Below, in pieces: positions 1 through 8,704 of a stretch of 64,000 nt of DNA. The DNA comes from Cyanophyceae cyanobacterium. GTDB taxonomy: Bacteria; Cyanobacteriota; Cyanobacteriia; Cyanobacteriales; JBHJGN01. Each line of letters begins with the position of its first letter. The first letter of the stretch is position 1. The stretch lies in contig JBHJGN010000004.1 of NCBI GenBank assembly GCA_050331735.1, positions 1 to 64,000 of the forward strand, in the 5' to 3' direction. The position numbers and the translations under genes were made by a program. The notes under the pieces were generated by a model that ran no database searches, had not been told where the DNA came from, and saw nothing but the letters and a program-made list of their open reading frames with translations.

Positions 1-163
1 GCAACTTTTCTGATCGAGCTATCACCTTTTTCTACGGCATCAATTATCTTTTCTCGCAAATCTAAGGAATAAGGCTTCATCTGGCAACTTATTTTTACAA
101 TACTAGAGATTGTCCCCTATTTAGCTGCAAACTGCTGTATCTTTGGCCACAACTGAGTAAGTT

Positions 164-1813
164 TTATTCTGTGAGCACCTTATGCACGAACTTCACCGCC
201 ATTGAGCCTTCTCCAATCGCTGAGGCTACTCGTTTAATTGAGTCGCAGCGGACGTCCCCAGCAGCAAATATTCCACGACAGCTCGTTTCTAAGAAAAACG
301 GCTGTCTTTCGGCTGTCCAGTGAGGAGAGTTTTTGACTTCTAAGCCTGTTTTGATGTAGCCTTTTTCGTCGGTTTCCACCGCTTCTGGGAGCCAGTCGGT
401 GTGAGGTTTAGCACCAATAAAAATGAACACCGCACACACTTCTATCTCTTGTTTTTCTTGCGTCTGATTATTAGTAATTTCGGCAACAGACAAGGTGCGA
501 TCGCCCTTTACCCCTGTGACCTCAGTATGAGTTAACACCTCAATATTCTCAATCTGTTCTACTCGCTCCAGCAGATAGTGCGACATCTTTTTAGCCAAAC
601 TGTCACCGCGAATCAGCAGCAGCACTTTCTCTGCAAACTGCGACAAAAACACCGCCGCTTGCCCCGCAGAATTACCGCCACCGACAATAATCACCGTTGA
701 GTTTTGGCAGAGTTGCGCTTCGACTTTGGTGGCGCTGTAGTAAACTCCAGTCCCCTCGAACTGTTCGATACCGTCAACGGGAAGCTTGCGATAGGAGGCT
801 CCTGTGGCAATGAGGAGCGAGCGAGCGTTCACTTCTTCCCCATTGGTAAGCTTGAGCAGATAGCGGTCCTCTTGAGGCTGTAAATCGACAACTTCTGAAG
901 TGAGGGAGAACTGCGAACCGAACTTTTGCGCCTGGATATTGGCGCGACAGGCTAACTCTCTTCCCGACAATCCTAGTGGAAATCCTGTGTAGTTTTCGAT
1001 CTTGGAACTACAGCTCGCCTGTCCTCCTAGGGCTTCTTTCTCTAAAATAATAGTGTTCAACCCTTCAGAAGAGCCGTAAACCGCCGCCGCTAAACCCGCT
1101 GGACCGGCACCAATCACAGCGAGGTCGTATAATTTATCTTCAATTGGTCTCTTCAGTCCTAACTCGACCGCGAGCTTCTCATTGGCAGGATTTTTGATCA
1201 GCCATTCTCCACCGTAGGTAATCACGGGGGTATCTCCATGACCAATCTCAAAGTGCTGGAGAATATTTTCTACTTCTGCATCGGATTCCGTGTCAATCCA
1301 GTCGAACTCGACGTGGTTCTTGTCTAGGAAGTCACGGATGCGGAAGGTATCGCGGCAGCTAGCCGGACCAATCACGCGCAAGCCCACGTAGTCTGATGCT
1401 CTGAGTGCCTGACAGCGAGCAATGAAAGTTTGCAGAATTAAATCGCTGAGGTGGGAATTTTTATTTAAGATCTGTTTGAGACTGTTGAACGGTATTGCTC
1501 TAACTTGGCATTCTCCTTTGGCAATCACGCTGCACGTAGCAGGGCTGCCCTTGAGGTTAGCTAAATCGCCGATAAACTCTCGTTCACCCATTGTGGCAAC
1601 GATTCGCTCTTCTCCACTGGAGGCATCAACGACTTCTACCTGACCTGATTGAATAATATAAAAATCAAACTCCTTGTCTCCGGCGTTGAGGAGAATTTCT
1701 CCCTCCGTAAAAGTTTGGACTTTACCGAACTGATTCAACTCGGCTAGGTTCTCTTCGCTCAGCTTTGGAAAAGCTTCTTGATTAGTCTGTTTGTCGATGA
1801 GTTGCTGTACCAT
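164..1813 (-). CDS. Cyclic-nucleotide-binding-domain FAD-dependent oxidoreductase (thioredoxin-reductase-like)
   Basis: N-terminal cNMP-like domain (FYIIQSGQVEV...EFIGDL); GAGPAG FAD motif, GGGNSAG NADPH motif, GIFAAGDVR; GVYYSAT replaces the TrxB CATC motif. Confidence 0.85.
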   Translation of the reverse strand: MVQQLIDKQTNQEAFPKLSEENLAELNQFGKVQTFTEGEILLNAGDKEFDFYIIQSGQVEVVDASSGEERIVATMGEREFIGDLANLKGSPATCSVIAKGECQVRAIPFNSLKQILNKNSHLSDLILQTFIARCQALRASDYVGLRVIGPASCRDTFRIRDFLDKNHVEFDWIDTESDAEVENILQHFEIGHGDTPVITYGGEWLIKNPANEKLAVELGLKRPIEDKLYDLAVIGAGPAGLAAAVYGSSEGLNTIILEKEALGGQASCSSKIENYTGFPLGLSGRELACRANIQAQKFGSQFSLTSEVVDLQPQEDRYLLKLTNGEEVNARSLLIATGASYRKLPVDGIEQFEGTGVYYSATKVEAQLCQNSTVIIVGGGNSAGQAAVFLSQFAEKVLLLIRGDSLAKKMSHYLLERVEQIENIEVLTHTEVTGVKGDRTLSVAEITNNQTQEKQEIEVCAVFIFIGAKPHTDWLPEAVETDEKGYIKTGLEVKNSPHWTAERQPFFLETSCRGIFAAGDVRCDSIKRVASAIGEGSMAVKFVHKVLTE

Positions 1814-1848
1814 AAGAATTCTTTGAGATTACTATTTAGGCTACACGG

Positions 1849-1871
1849 ATAATCTAAAATCTTTAGATTAT
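1849..1871. promoter_or_regulatory. 10-bp perfect inverted repeat upstream of the oxidoreductase, candidate operator
   Basis: ATAATCTAAA-ATC-TTTAGATTAT, 36 bp before the start codon. Confidence 0.35.
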
Positions 1872-2259
1872 TGAGTCTTCTACTACATCTAAAGAATTTA
1901 GTTAAGCTAGATAAACAAGAATAGCTGGCCTGTAGTTATATAGTAGTTGATTTTAATCTTTTTGATCTTTCAGAAGGTTATTTTAGTGGTAGAGGATAAA
2001 CACAAAAATGGAAAGAAACCATAGCAGACACGGCCACGTCCATTCGAGATTGATCTGAAATCTATCTTTAGAAATAAGTTTTTTAGCAGGCAGCAGGCCT
2101 GACTCAAGAACTCATAGATCTTCAACAGGCGATCGCTCATCCAGACTACCAAAAGGCGTTAGCAATCGTGAACGATTTAGAGGTAATGAGCCGAGAAGAT
2201 AAAATTCAAAAAATCGAGAGCTATTTTGTTGCTCTCTTGGTTCACCTCTTAAAGATTTA

Positions 2260-2400
2260 TACCATTTACCGAAAGTAGACAGATAGTTCCCAAACCAACC
2301 AACAATTGGAGGTTCAAGGGCAAAGAGCTGCTGTGCTTCCCTTTCCCCCTTCCCCTTTCCCCCAACTCATCAAGTCTCCTATTACTTTTTCTAATTGGTA
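2260..2400 (+). mobile_element. MITE-like element, copy 1 (141 bp)
   Basis: Imperfect terminal inverted repeats TACCATTTACCGAAAGTA / (rc) TACCAATTAGAAAAAGTA; flanked by TTA at 2257-2259 and 2401-2403. Confidence 0.7.
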
Positions 2401-2558
2401 TTAGGTAGAAAGAAGAATGACTAACTCTTGAAGAGCCTCAATTTTAAACGCTTTATTACATCAAAAAGCGAATCGAATGGGAAATAAAAAGACTCCCTCC
2501 ATAAAATTGAACGAGTGGCAGAGCTACCTAGAAGAAGTTTTGCCGGAAGTATAGGTGA

Positions 2559-2715
2559 TATCAATTAGAAAAAGACATGAGATTGGTTGGTTGGGGAAAA
2601 TAGTTCGGTGTCGGAACGGGTTAAGGGGAAGGGGAAAAGAGCACCAGTTTTACCCAGTTAACTTCCGACTCTTTGATAGTTTGGGGAACTCTCTGACTAC
2701 TTTTGATAAATGGGG
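2559..2715 (-). mobile_element. MITE-like element, copy 2 (157 bp, inverted relative to copy 1)
   Basis: Reverse complement aligns end to end with copy 1; flanked by TGA at 2556-2558 and 2716-2718. Confidence 0.7.
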
Positions 2716-2987
2716 TGAGTTCCTCTACAGCGGTAGAGGTAAACGGACAAGAAGATGACCTTGAATTAGAAGCAATCGTTGATGAGGATAGCCTCATTTC
2801 TCTTGCTGAAGATTGATTTGATTTAACTCTTCAACAGAAAAATACATCGACTCTGAAAACTACTGCTCGTAATCGACTTACTAAAAAGACACAGCAATAC
2901 ATGGAATCGTCTCTTTGGGACGAGGAAAGGGTGAAGAAACCAACTCGCCCTCTCCCTTTTTCCAGCAGCGGAAGCTGCTTCCTTGGT

Positions 2988-4274
2988 TTAGAGCACTCGT
3001 AGAATACTCGGAATCTCTTTAATCGTTTTTGAACCCCGAATGTCTGCCAACGCTTCGCGGAAGTTTTTTTCTTGAACATCGTGGGTGACAACCACCACTT
3101 CTGCTAACTTGTCTTGAAACCCAATTTGAACAACAGATTCCAAGCTCACGCCGCGATCGCCAAAAGCCGTTCCCAGTTGACCGATGACACCGGGAACATC
3201 TTCACAGAGAAAGCGAGCGTAAAAGCGAGTCACCAAAGTATCGATAGGTGCGATCACACAAGTGTCTTGGTGAGAACAACTTAGAAGTGGGTCAAGAGCA
3301 CCATTTTTGCTTTTAAGCACTCCGACGATATTCATGATGTCGGAAACCACTGCACTAGCGGTCGGACCCGACCCCGCACCGCGTCCAAAAAACATTACTT
3401 GTCCGAGCGGTTCTCCTTCCACCACAATGGCGTTATACACGCCATTGACGCTCGCTAAGGGATGAGAACGAGGCAGCAGCGTGGGATGAACGCGAATTTG
3501 CAATCCCTGCTCTTCGGCTTGGGCGATCGCCAGGAGCTTAATCACAAACCGCAGCTTGTCGGCGTAGTTAATATCGGCAGCACTGACCTGACGAATTCCT
3601 TCACAGTGAACCGCGTTACGTTCGACCCGCCCGCCAAAGGCCAAGGAAGCCAAGATCGCAATTTTATCAGCCGCATCTAAGCCATCAATATCTGCGGTGG
3701 GATCGGCTTCGGCATAGCCCAACTGTTGAGCTTCGGCTAGTACCTCCTCGAAATCTGCCCCCGCTGCCGACATCTGCGTGAGAATGTAGTTGGTCGTGCC
3801 GTTGACGATGCCGACGACGCTATGCAGGCGATTTGCGCCCAGCGACTGTTTGAGCGGCTCGATCACGGGAATCCCGCCACCAACGGCGGCTTCGACCAGC
3901 ACGTAGACTCCCGCTTCGTTAGCTGCGTCGTAGATTTCTGGACCGTAGCGGGCAATGACGGCTTTATTGGCCGTGACAACGTGCTTGCCCTGGGAAATCG
4001 CTTTGAGAATCAAAGTGCGAGCGGGTTCTAATCCCCCTAACAATTCCACCACGATATCGATGTTCGGATCTCTCACAATAGACTCTAAATTCGCTGTCAT
4101 TATGGAGGCAGGCAACTGCACCGAGCGAGGTTTATCCAAAGAACGTACACCCACCCGACCAATGACAATTTCTTGCAGCAGCGGATGTCGCCCCGACGGG
4201 TTCAGTAAAATTTGAGCCGTTCCTGACCCGACGGTTCCCAGCCCCAGCAAACCTACTCTAACCACAGCTTTCAT
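2988..4274 (-). CDS. hom: Homoserine dehydrogenase with C-terminal ACT domain
   Basis: GLGTVG, HVVTANK, EAAVGGGIP, NGTTNYIL, GYAEADP motifs; ACT domain DVPGVIGQL. Confidence 0.95.
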   Translation of the reverse strand: MKAVVRVGLLGLGTVGSGTAQILLNPSGRHPLLQEIVIGRVGVRSLDKPRSVQLPASIMTANLESIVRDPNIDIVVELLGGLEPARTLILKAISQGKHVVTANKAVIARYGPEIYDAANEAGVYVLVEAAVGGGIPVIEPLKQSLGANRLHSVVGIVNGTTNYILTQMSAAGADFEEVLAEAQQLGYAEADPTADIDGLDAADKIAILASLAFGGRVERNAVHCEGIRQVSAADINYADKLRFVIKLLAIAQAEEQGLQIRVHPTLLPRSHPLASVNGVYNAIVVEGEPLGQVMFFGRGAGSGPTASAVVSDIMNIVGVLKSKNGALDPLLSCSHQDTCVIAPIDTLVTRFYARFLCEDVPGVIGQLGTAFGDRGVSLESVVQIGFQDKLAEVVVVTHDVQEKNFREALADIRGSKTIKEIPSILRVL

Positions 4275-4280
4275 CCTCGT

Positions 4281-5729
4281 TCACTGCTGGCTTGCTGCGA
4301 TCGCCTTTTGCAAGCGCTCTGTATCCCATCCTTTTTGGTTGAGAAGTAGCCATGACTGCACCAGATCCGGACCCTGTAATTCTCCCATCAATCCGGCTCT
4401 TAATGAGCGCATCACCACTCCTTTCTTAACGGTGTGCGCTTTGGTGACCTGTTTGATAATGTTTTTAATAGCCTCTTCTGTGAGCGGCTGAGCGGCGGTC
4501 GCCTCCTGCACCGATTGGAGAATTTCGCTCGTCCCCTCTTGCTCGAGCAACTCTCGGGCCTCTGGAGAGAAGTTGATGTCTCCAAATAGTAGCCGACTTT
4601 CTGGTTCGGCATCGGCAAGGCGCGTTAAGCTAGGACCAATGAGGGCGGCGAGCGTTGTTAACCAGGGACGGTCTTGTTCGGGGTCAAATTCGTAGCCAGC
4701 AGCTTGCCAGTAGGGAATCAATAACTCCACCAGTTCCTCGGCGCTCATGTGGTGCAGATACTGACTGTTAATCCAGTCGAGCTTAGCCCAGTCGAATTTG
4801 GCTCCGGCCTTATTAACCCGCTCTAGGCTAAACTGTTGAGCGGCTTCGGAGAGGGTAAACAGTTCCTGGGTTGAATCGGGCGGTGTCCACCCCAACAAGG
4901 TCATGTAGTTGCTCAACGCCTGCGGTAAAAAACCCATCGCTTTGAAGTCATCAATAGAGGTCACGCCATCCCGCTTGGAAAGCTTGCGTCCTTCCTCGTT
5001 CAGAATCAGTGGCGTATGGGCAAATTCAGGAACCGATGCCCCCATCGCTTCGTAGAGCAGAATTTGCTTGGCGGTGTTGGCAATGTGGTCTTCTCCGCGA
5101 ATCACGTGGGTAATGTGCATGTCCACGTCATCGACAACAACGGCCATATTGTACAGAGGTTGACCGAAGGGCTCGTCATTGTCAGCAGCGCGGGCAATCA
5201 CCATATCGCCCCCCAGGTCGCTGCCTTTCCAGACTACTTTCTCCCGCACTAAATCGTGCCAGACAATCTCTCGCTGGTCGTCAATTTTGAAGCGCACTAC
5301 GGGTTTGCGACCTTCTGCCTCCAGCGCGGCTTGCTGTTCTGGCGTGAGCTGACGGTGGCGATTATCGTAGCGGGGAGCTTGCCCATTGGCTTTTTGAGCC
5401 TCGCGCATGTGCTCCAGTTCTTCTGGAGTCTCGTAAGCAAGATAGGCTAAATCTTTGTCTAACAAGGACTGAATGGCCTGTTTATAAAGCTCGAGACGCT
5501 TCGACTGAAAGAACGGTCCCTCATCCCAGTCGAGGCCAAGCCAAGTGAGTCCAGATAGAATGTTTTCAGTGTGCTCTGGCCGCGATCGCTCAGCATCGGT
5601 ATCTTCGATCCGCAGAATAAACTGGCCTCCTTGGTGACGAGCGAATAACCAGTTAAACACCGCCGTTCTCGCGGTACCAATGTGTAAATTTCCGGTCGGA
5701 CTGGGAGCAAGACGAACTCTAACCGTCAC
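4281..5729 (-). CDS. gltX: Glutamate--tRNA ligase
   Basis: [13 protein letters not shown] (HIGH), LRIEDTD, KLSKR (KMSKS); likely GTG start at 5729. Confidence 0.97.
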   Translation of the reverse strand: MTVRVRLAPSPTGNLHIGTARTAVFNWLFARHQGGQFILRIEDTDAERSRPEHTENILSGLTWLGLDWDEGPFFQSKRLELYKQAIQSLLDKDLAYLAYETPEELEHMREAQKANGQAPRYDNRHRQLTPEQQAALEAEGRKPVVRFKIDDQREIVWHDLVREKVVWKGSDLGGDMVIARAADNDEPFGQPLYNMAVVVDDVDMHITHVIRGEDHIANTAKQILLYEAMGASVPEFAHTPLILNEEGRKLSKRDGVTSIDDFKAMGFLPQALSNYMTLLGWTPPDSTQELFTLSEAAQQFSLERVNKAGAKFDWAKLDWINSQYLHHMSAEELVELLIPYWQAAGYEFDPEQDRPWLTTLAALIGPSLTRLADAEPESRLLFGDINFSPEARELLEQEGTSEILQSVQEATAAQPLTEEAIKNIIKQVTKAHTVKKGVVMRSLRAGLMGELQGPDLVQSWLLLNQKGWDTERLQKAIAASQQ

Positions 5730-5747
5730 AACAAATCCCTCGAGCAA

Positions 5748-5965
5748 TTACCAGTTACCAGTCTAGCAGTTAGCGCCACTGGCGTAGGGGAAAGGGGAAG
5801 CGCCACGGGCGCAGGGGAAAGGGCAAGGGGCAAAGGGCAAAGGGACTTAACCGTTATCAGTTTAATGAACTAGATTGGTCATTGGTCATTGTTTCCCCTT
5901 TCCCCTTTCCCCGTCGCGAACGCGACAATTTCCCCCTTCCCCGTCGCGGAGCGACTTACCCCCCC
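5748..5965. repeat. Composite heptamer-repeat tract carrying four short hairpins
   Basis: GGGGAAA/GGGCAAA arm, TTGGTCA repeats, TTTCCCC arm; hairpins at 5773, 5800, 5913, 5943. Confidence 0.8.
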
Positions 5966-8556
5966 CTCATCTGCTGGCAGTTGTGGGCGGGCAACCAGGA
6001 GCTTGGATTGGCAAGATTTGGTTCGGCGGTGAGAACAATGCTTCCGCTGTCTGTTCTAAGCCACCCTTGAGCTTCAATCAGTTTGTGACTCGCCGTTCGT
6101 TGTGGAGCCGGTACAGATTTTGGTGAAGTGGCGTAGGTAACTGACGGAGTATCTGTGATGCGCCAATCTTCCCAAAAGTTTTTCGGGCTAAACGCTCCCT
6201 GGGGAGAATCTGGCATTCCTCCGCGTCCGGTAATGGCAAATTCACTGCCTTCGCCGACGCTACAAACGTTTTGGTCAATCAGTTGCGCGACGTTGACAAC
6301 GTCTTGAGGCAGTTCGCCCAACTCTTCACCGGGATCGATTTCCGATGTGGTAATTTCGATAATGCCTTCTACTCCTAATTCCGAACTGGCGGTGATATCG
6401 TTAAAATCATTGCTGCTACGATCGCGGCTGGCAATGCCAAAGATCCCCTGAGCCGTAATATTAATATCACCTCCCCGACCCTCGGAAGCATCGGCCACAA
6501 TATTGCTATCTTCCCCGGGAACCGCAATCAGAAATTGAGTATCGATGGTGATATTTCCGCCATTGCCAGCGCCGTCTGCGGTGGTGCTAATTTCACTGTT
6601 ACTTTCTAGCTTCAAGAGTTTTTGGACGGCTAAATTAATATTGCCCCCTTCCTGACCAGAGGCCGTTTCAGCCGATAATTCGCCGCGCTCGAGTCTTACG
6701 AAGTCAGCAATAATATTTAAATCTCCTGCGTTGCTTTGGTTGCTATCGACTCCAACTACAGCACCGTCGCGGATAATCAGCTCTTCAGTATTAATGCTGA
6801 TTTCTCCGGCGGTAGCAACGCCAGAAGAGCGGCTGACGATCCGGCTGGGAAACGCTTCATCTGTTGAGGTTCCGTCCACTTCGATCTTTTCAGCAGCGAT
6901 TCTGATATTGTTGGCCGGACCTCCGTCTAGCTCGTCTTCAGAGAAAGACTGAAACACCAAAGAAGCCAGTGGTTCTCTTAACGTTAGCTCGCCACTATTG
7001 GTACTGATTCCTCCGCCATCGAGAATGGTTAACTGACCGGTATCAATCTCGATTTGACCTCCTTGGCCTTCAGCCCCGGCAATGGAAATGGTGGCAAAGC
7101 CCGATGAGTAGAGCGAATTTTCCGGAAACCCCTGCACAAAGATCGAATCAGAGGCATCGACCACAATTTTGCCGCCATTGCCCTGGCCAACGGTGCTGTT
7201 AGAAATTAAGCCCGCCTCCCAGAGGCGCAGACGCTCGGTTTCTACGGTAATAGTTCCAGCATTTCCTGTGCTCCCTCTAAGGACGGCCATTGAGATGCTG
7301 CCTCCTCTAAGGTTAACGTCCGAGGCTGCAACGCTGATGCTTCCTCCGGTCTCGTTCCCCAAAAGATTAACCGTGACCGTTCCGCCATCTTGAATGTTTA
7401 ATTGCTCAGTTTCTATGACAATATCCCCTGACTGACCAAATCCCTGAGTGCCTCCGAACAAACCGTTTTCTCGATCCCGTAAAGCCAGAGAGCCGTCTGC
7501 TGCCCTGAATACGTAAACCTGCTGATATTGCCCTAGTCCAGTTCCGGTGATGTCTATCGACTCAGAAGCACGCACGGTTAAATCTCCTCCCTTGCCGGAA
7601 CCAAACGTAGCGGCGGCAATAGAGGCTTCTTGCTCTAGCGTTAACGTGCCAGCTTGAATGTCAATGCCGTCGCCGTCGATTCTTCCTAACGTATCGGCAT
7701 AAATACTAGCTCCCTGGGTAAGAGTGATGTCCTGGCCTCTAACGCGAATTGTTCCTCCTCCTGGTCCGCTGGCATTGATGCTGGCCTGCTGAGAAAAGTC
7801 AATATTCTGGAAGTCCTGAACGTCATTGTATCGGGCGCTGATTTTCGTCCCCGTTGAGTCTAGCCTGACCAAGCTATTGGGACCGACGCTTCCTAGTTCA
7901 ATCCGTCCCTGGGGAGCAATGACATGACCACCTTCAATCTTGAGGGGGCCACCGATTAACCCAAGGGTTTGACCTCGCTCGACCTGCAAACCAACCGTGT
8001 TCCCGCTGGCGCTCGTTGCCTGAGAGCGGTTGACAATCGTTCCCGGATGCTGACCCATCTGTAAGCCAGTGGGGGTCGTGATGGTAAGTAACGGAGGAGC
8101 CTGCGGATTACTGGTGCTGAAGGCAAAGTTATTGAACAGTAAAGCGTCGGCGGTACTGGCCAGAAATGAGCCCGACAGATCTAGCTGCGCGTTTGGGCCA
8201 AAAACAATGCCGTTAGGATTGAGCAAAAATAGATCGGCAGAACCGAGTACGCCGAGGGTTCCTAAAATCGTAGAATGCTTGCTTCCCGTGACTCGACTGA
8301 TGATGCGTTCAATTCCTGATGGACTAGCGAAGTAAATTTGCTCTCCATCTCCCACGTTGAATTCAGAGAAACTGTGCAGCAGATTAGCGTTGCGTCTGGC
8401 ACCTCCAGTAATCACGCCGCGACTGTGCGCTGAACGCTCATCTCCTAAACTAGCATCGGGAGTGATTTGAGCGATCGCCCCTTGCTCGAGAGCTATCAGC
8501 ATGCAGCCTAGGGTGAGAGCGCCTAACCAGTTCCAGCGCTTAGCGGATTGAACCAT
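5956..8556 (-). CDS. Filamentous-haemagglutinin-family (TpsA-like) secreted beta-helix protein
   Basis: Signal peptide ending AIA-QITPD; TPS domain NLLHSFSEF, IISRVTG, LLNPNGIVFG; GG.I.I.. repeats; C-terminal TGRGG.P...IEAQGW domain. Confidence 0.9.
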   Translation of the reverse strand: MVQSAKRWNWLGALTLGCMLIALEQGAIAQITPDASLGDERSAHSRGVITGGARRNANLLHSFSEFNVGDGEQIYFASPSGIERIISRVTGSKHSTILGTLGVLGSADLFLLNPNGIVFGPNAQLDLSGSFLASTADALLFNNFAFSTSNPQAPPLLTITTPTGLQMGQHPGTIVNRSQATSASGNTVGLQVERGQTLGLIGGPLKIEGGHVIAPQGRIELGSVGPNSLVRLDSTGTKISARYNDVQDFQNIDFSQQASINASGPGGGTIRVRGQDITLTQGASIYADTLGRIDGDGIDIQAGTLTLEQEASIAAATFGSGKGGDLTVRASESIDITGTGLGQYQQVYVFRAADGSLALRDRENGLFGGTQGFGQSGDIVIETEQLNIQDGGTVTVNLLGNETGGSISVAASDVNLRGGSISMAVLRGSTGNAGTITVETERLRLWEAGLISNSTVGQGNGGKIVVDASDSIFVQGFPENSLYSSGFATISIAGAEGQGGQIEIDTGQLTILDGGGISTNSGELTLREPLASLVFQSFSEDELDGGPANNIRIAAEKIEVDGTSTDEAFPSRIVSRSSGVATAGEISINTEELIIRDGAVVGVDSNQSNAGDLNIIADFVRLERGELSAETASGQEGGNINLAVQKLLKLESNSEISTTADGAGNGGNITIDTQFLIAVPGEDSNIVADASEGRGGDINITAQGIFGIASRDRSSNDFNDITASSELGVEGIIEITTSEIDPGEELGELPQDVVNVAQLIDQNVCSVGEGSEFAITGRGGMPDSPQGAFSPKNFWEDWRITDTPSVTYATSPKSVPAPQRTASHKLIEAQGWLRTDSGSIVLTAEPNLANPSSWLPAHNCQQMRGG

Positions 8557-8704
8557 ACAGGCAAAGTTTTCTGGCGAAGATAATAGTGCATTGGCGAACA
8601 ATTATCTTAGATCGCTACCGTGGCAACTGTAAAATCTGCTTTTGATGCAGAATCGTGCAAAGCTGGCCGATTGTTGTGCAGCTTTTGTATTTAACAGCGA
8701 GTTT

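Larger units (their letters stand above)
2099..2816 (+). pseudogene. DUF29-like pseudogene interrupted by two MITE-like insertions and in-frame stops
   Basis: Manual translation: (L)TQELIDLQQAIAHPDYQKALAIVNDLEVMSREDKIQKIESYFVALLVHLLKI / *VERRMTNS*RASILNALL...NEWQSYLEEVLPEV* / VSSSTAVEVNGQEDDLELEAIVDEDSLISLAED*; one frame after removing the inserts. Confidence 0.75.

Noticed and set aside
1970..2758. ORFs 1970-2152 and 2555-2758
   Set aside because: Antisense to the pseudogene or lying within MITE copy 2
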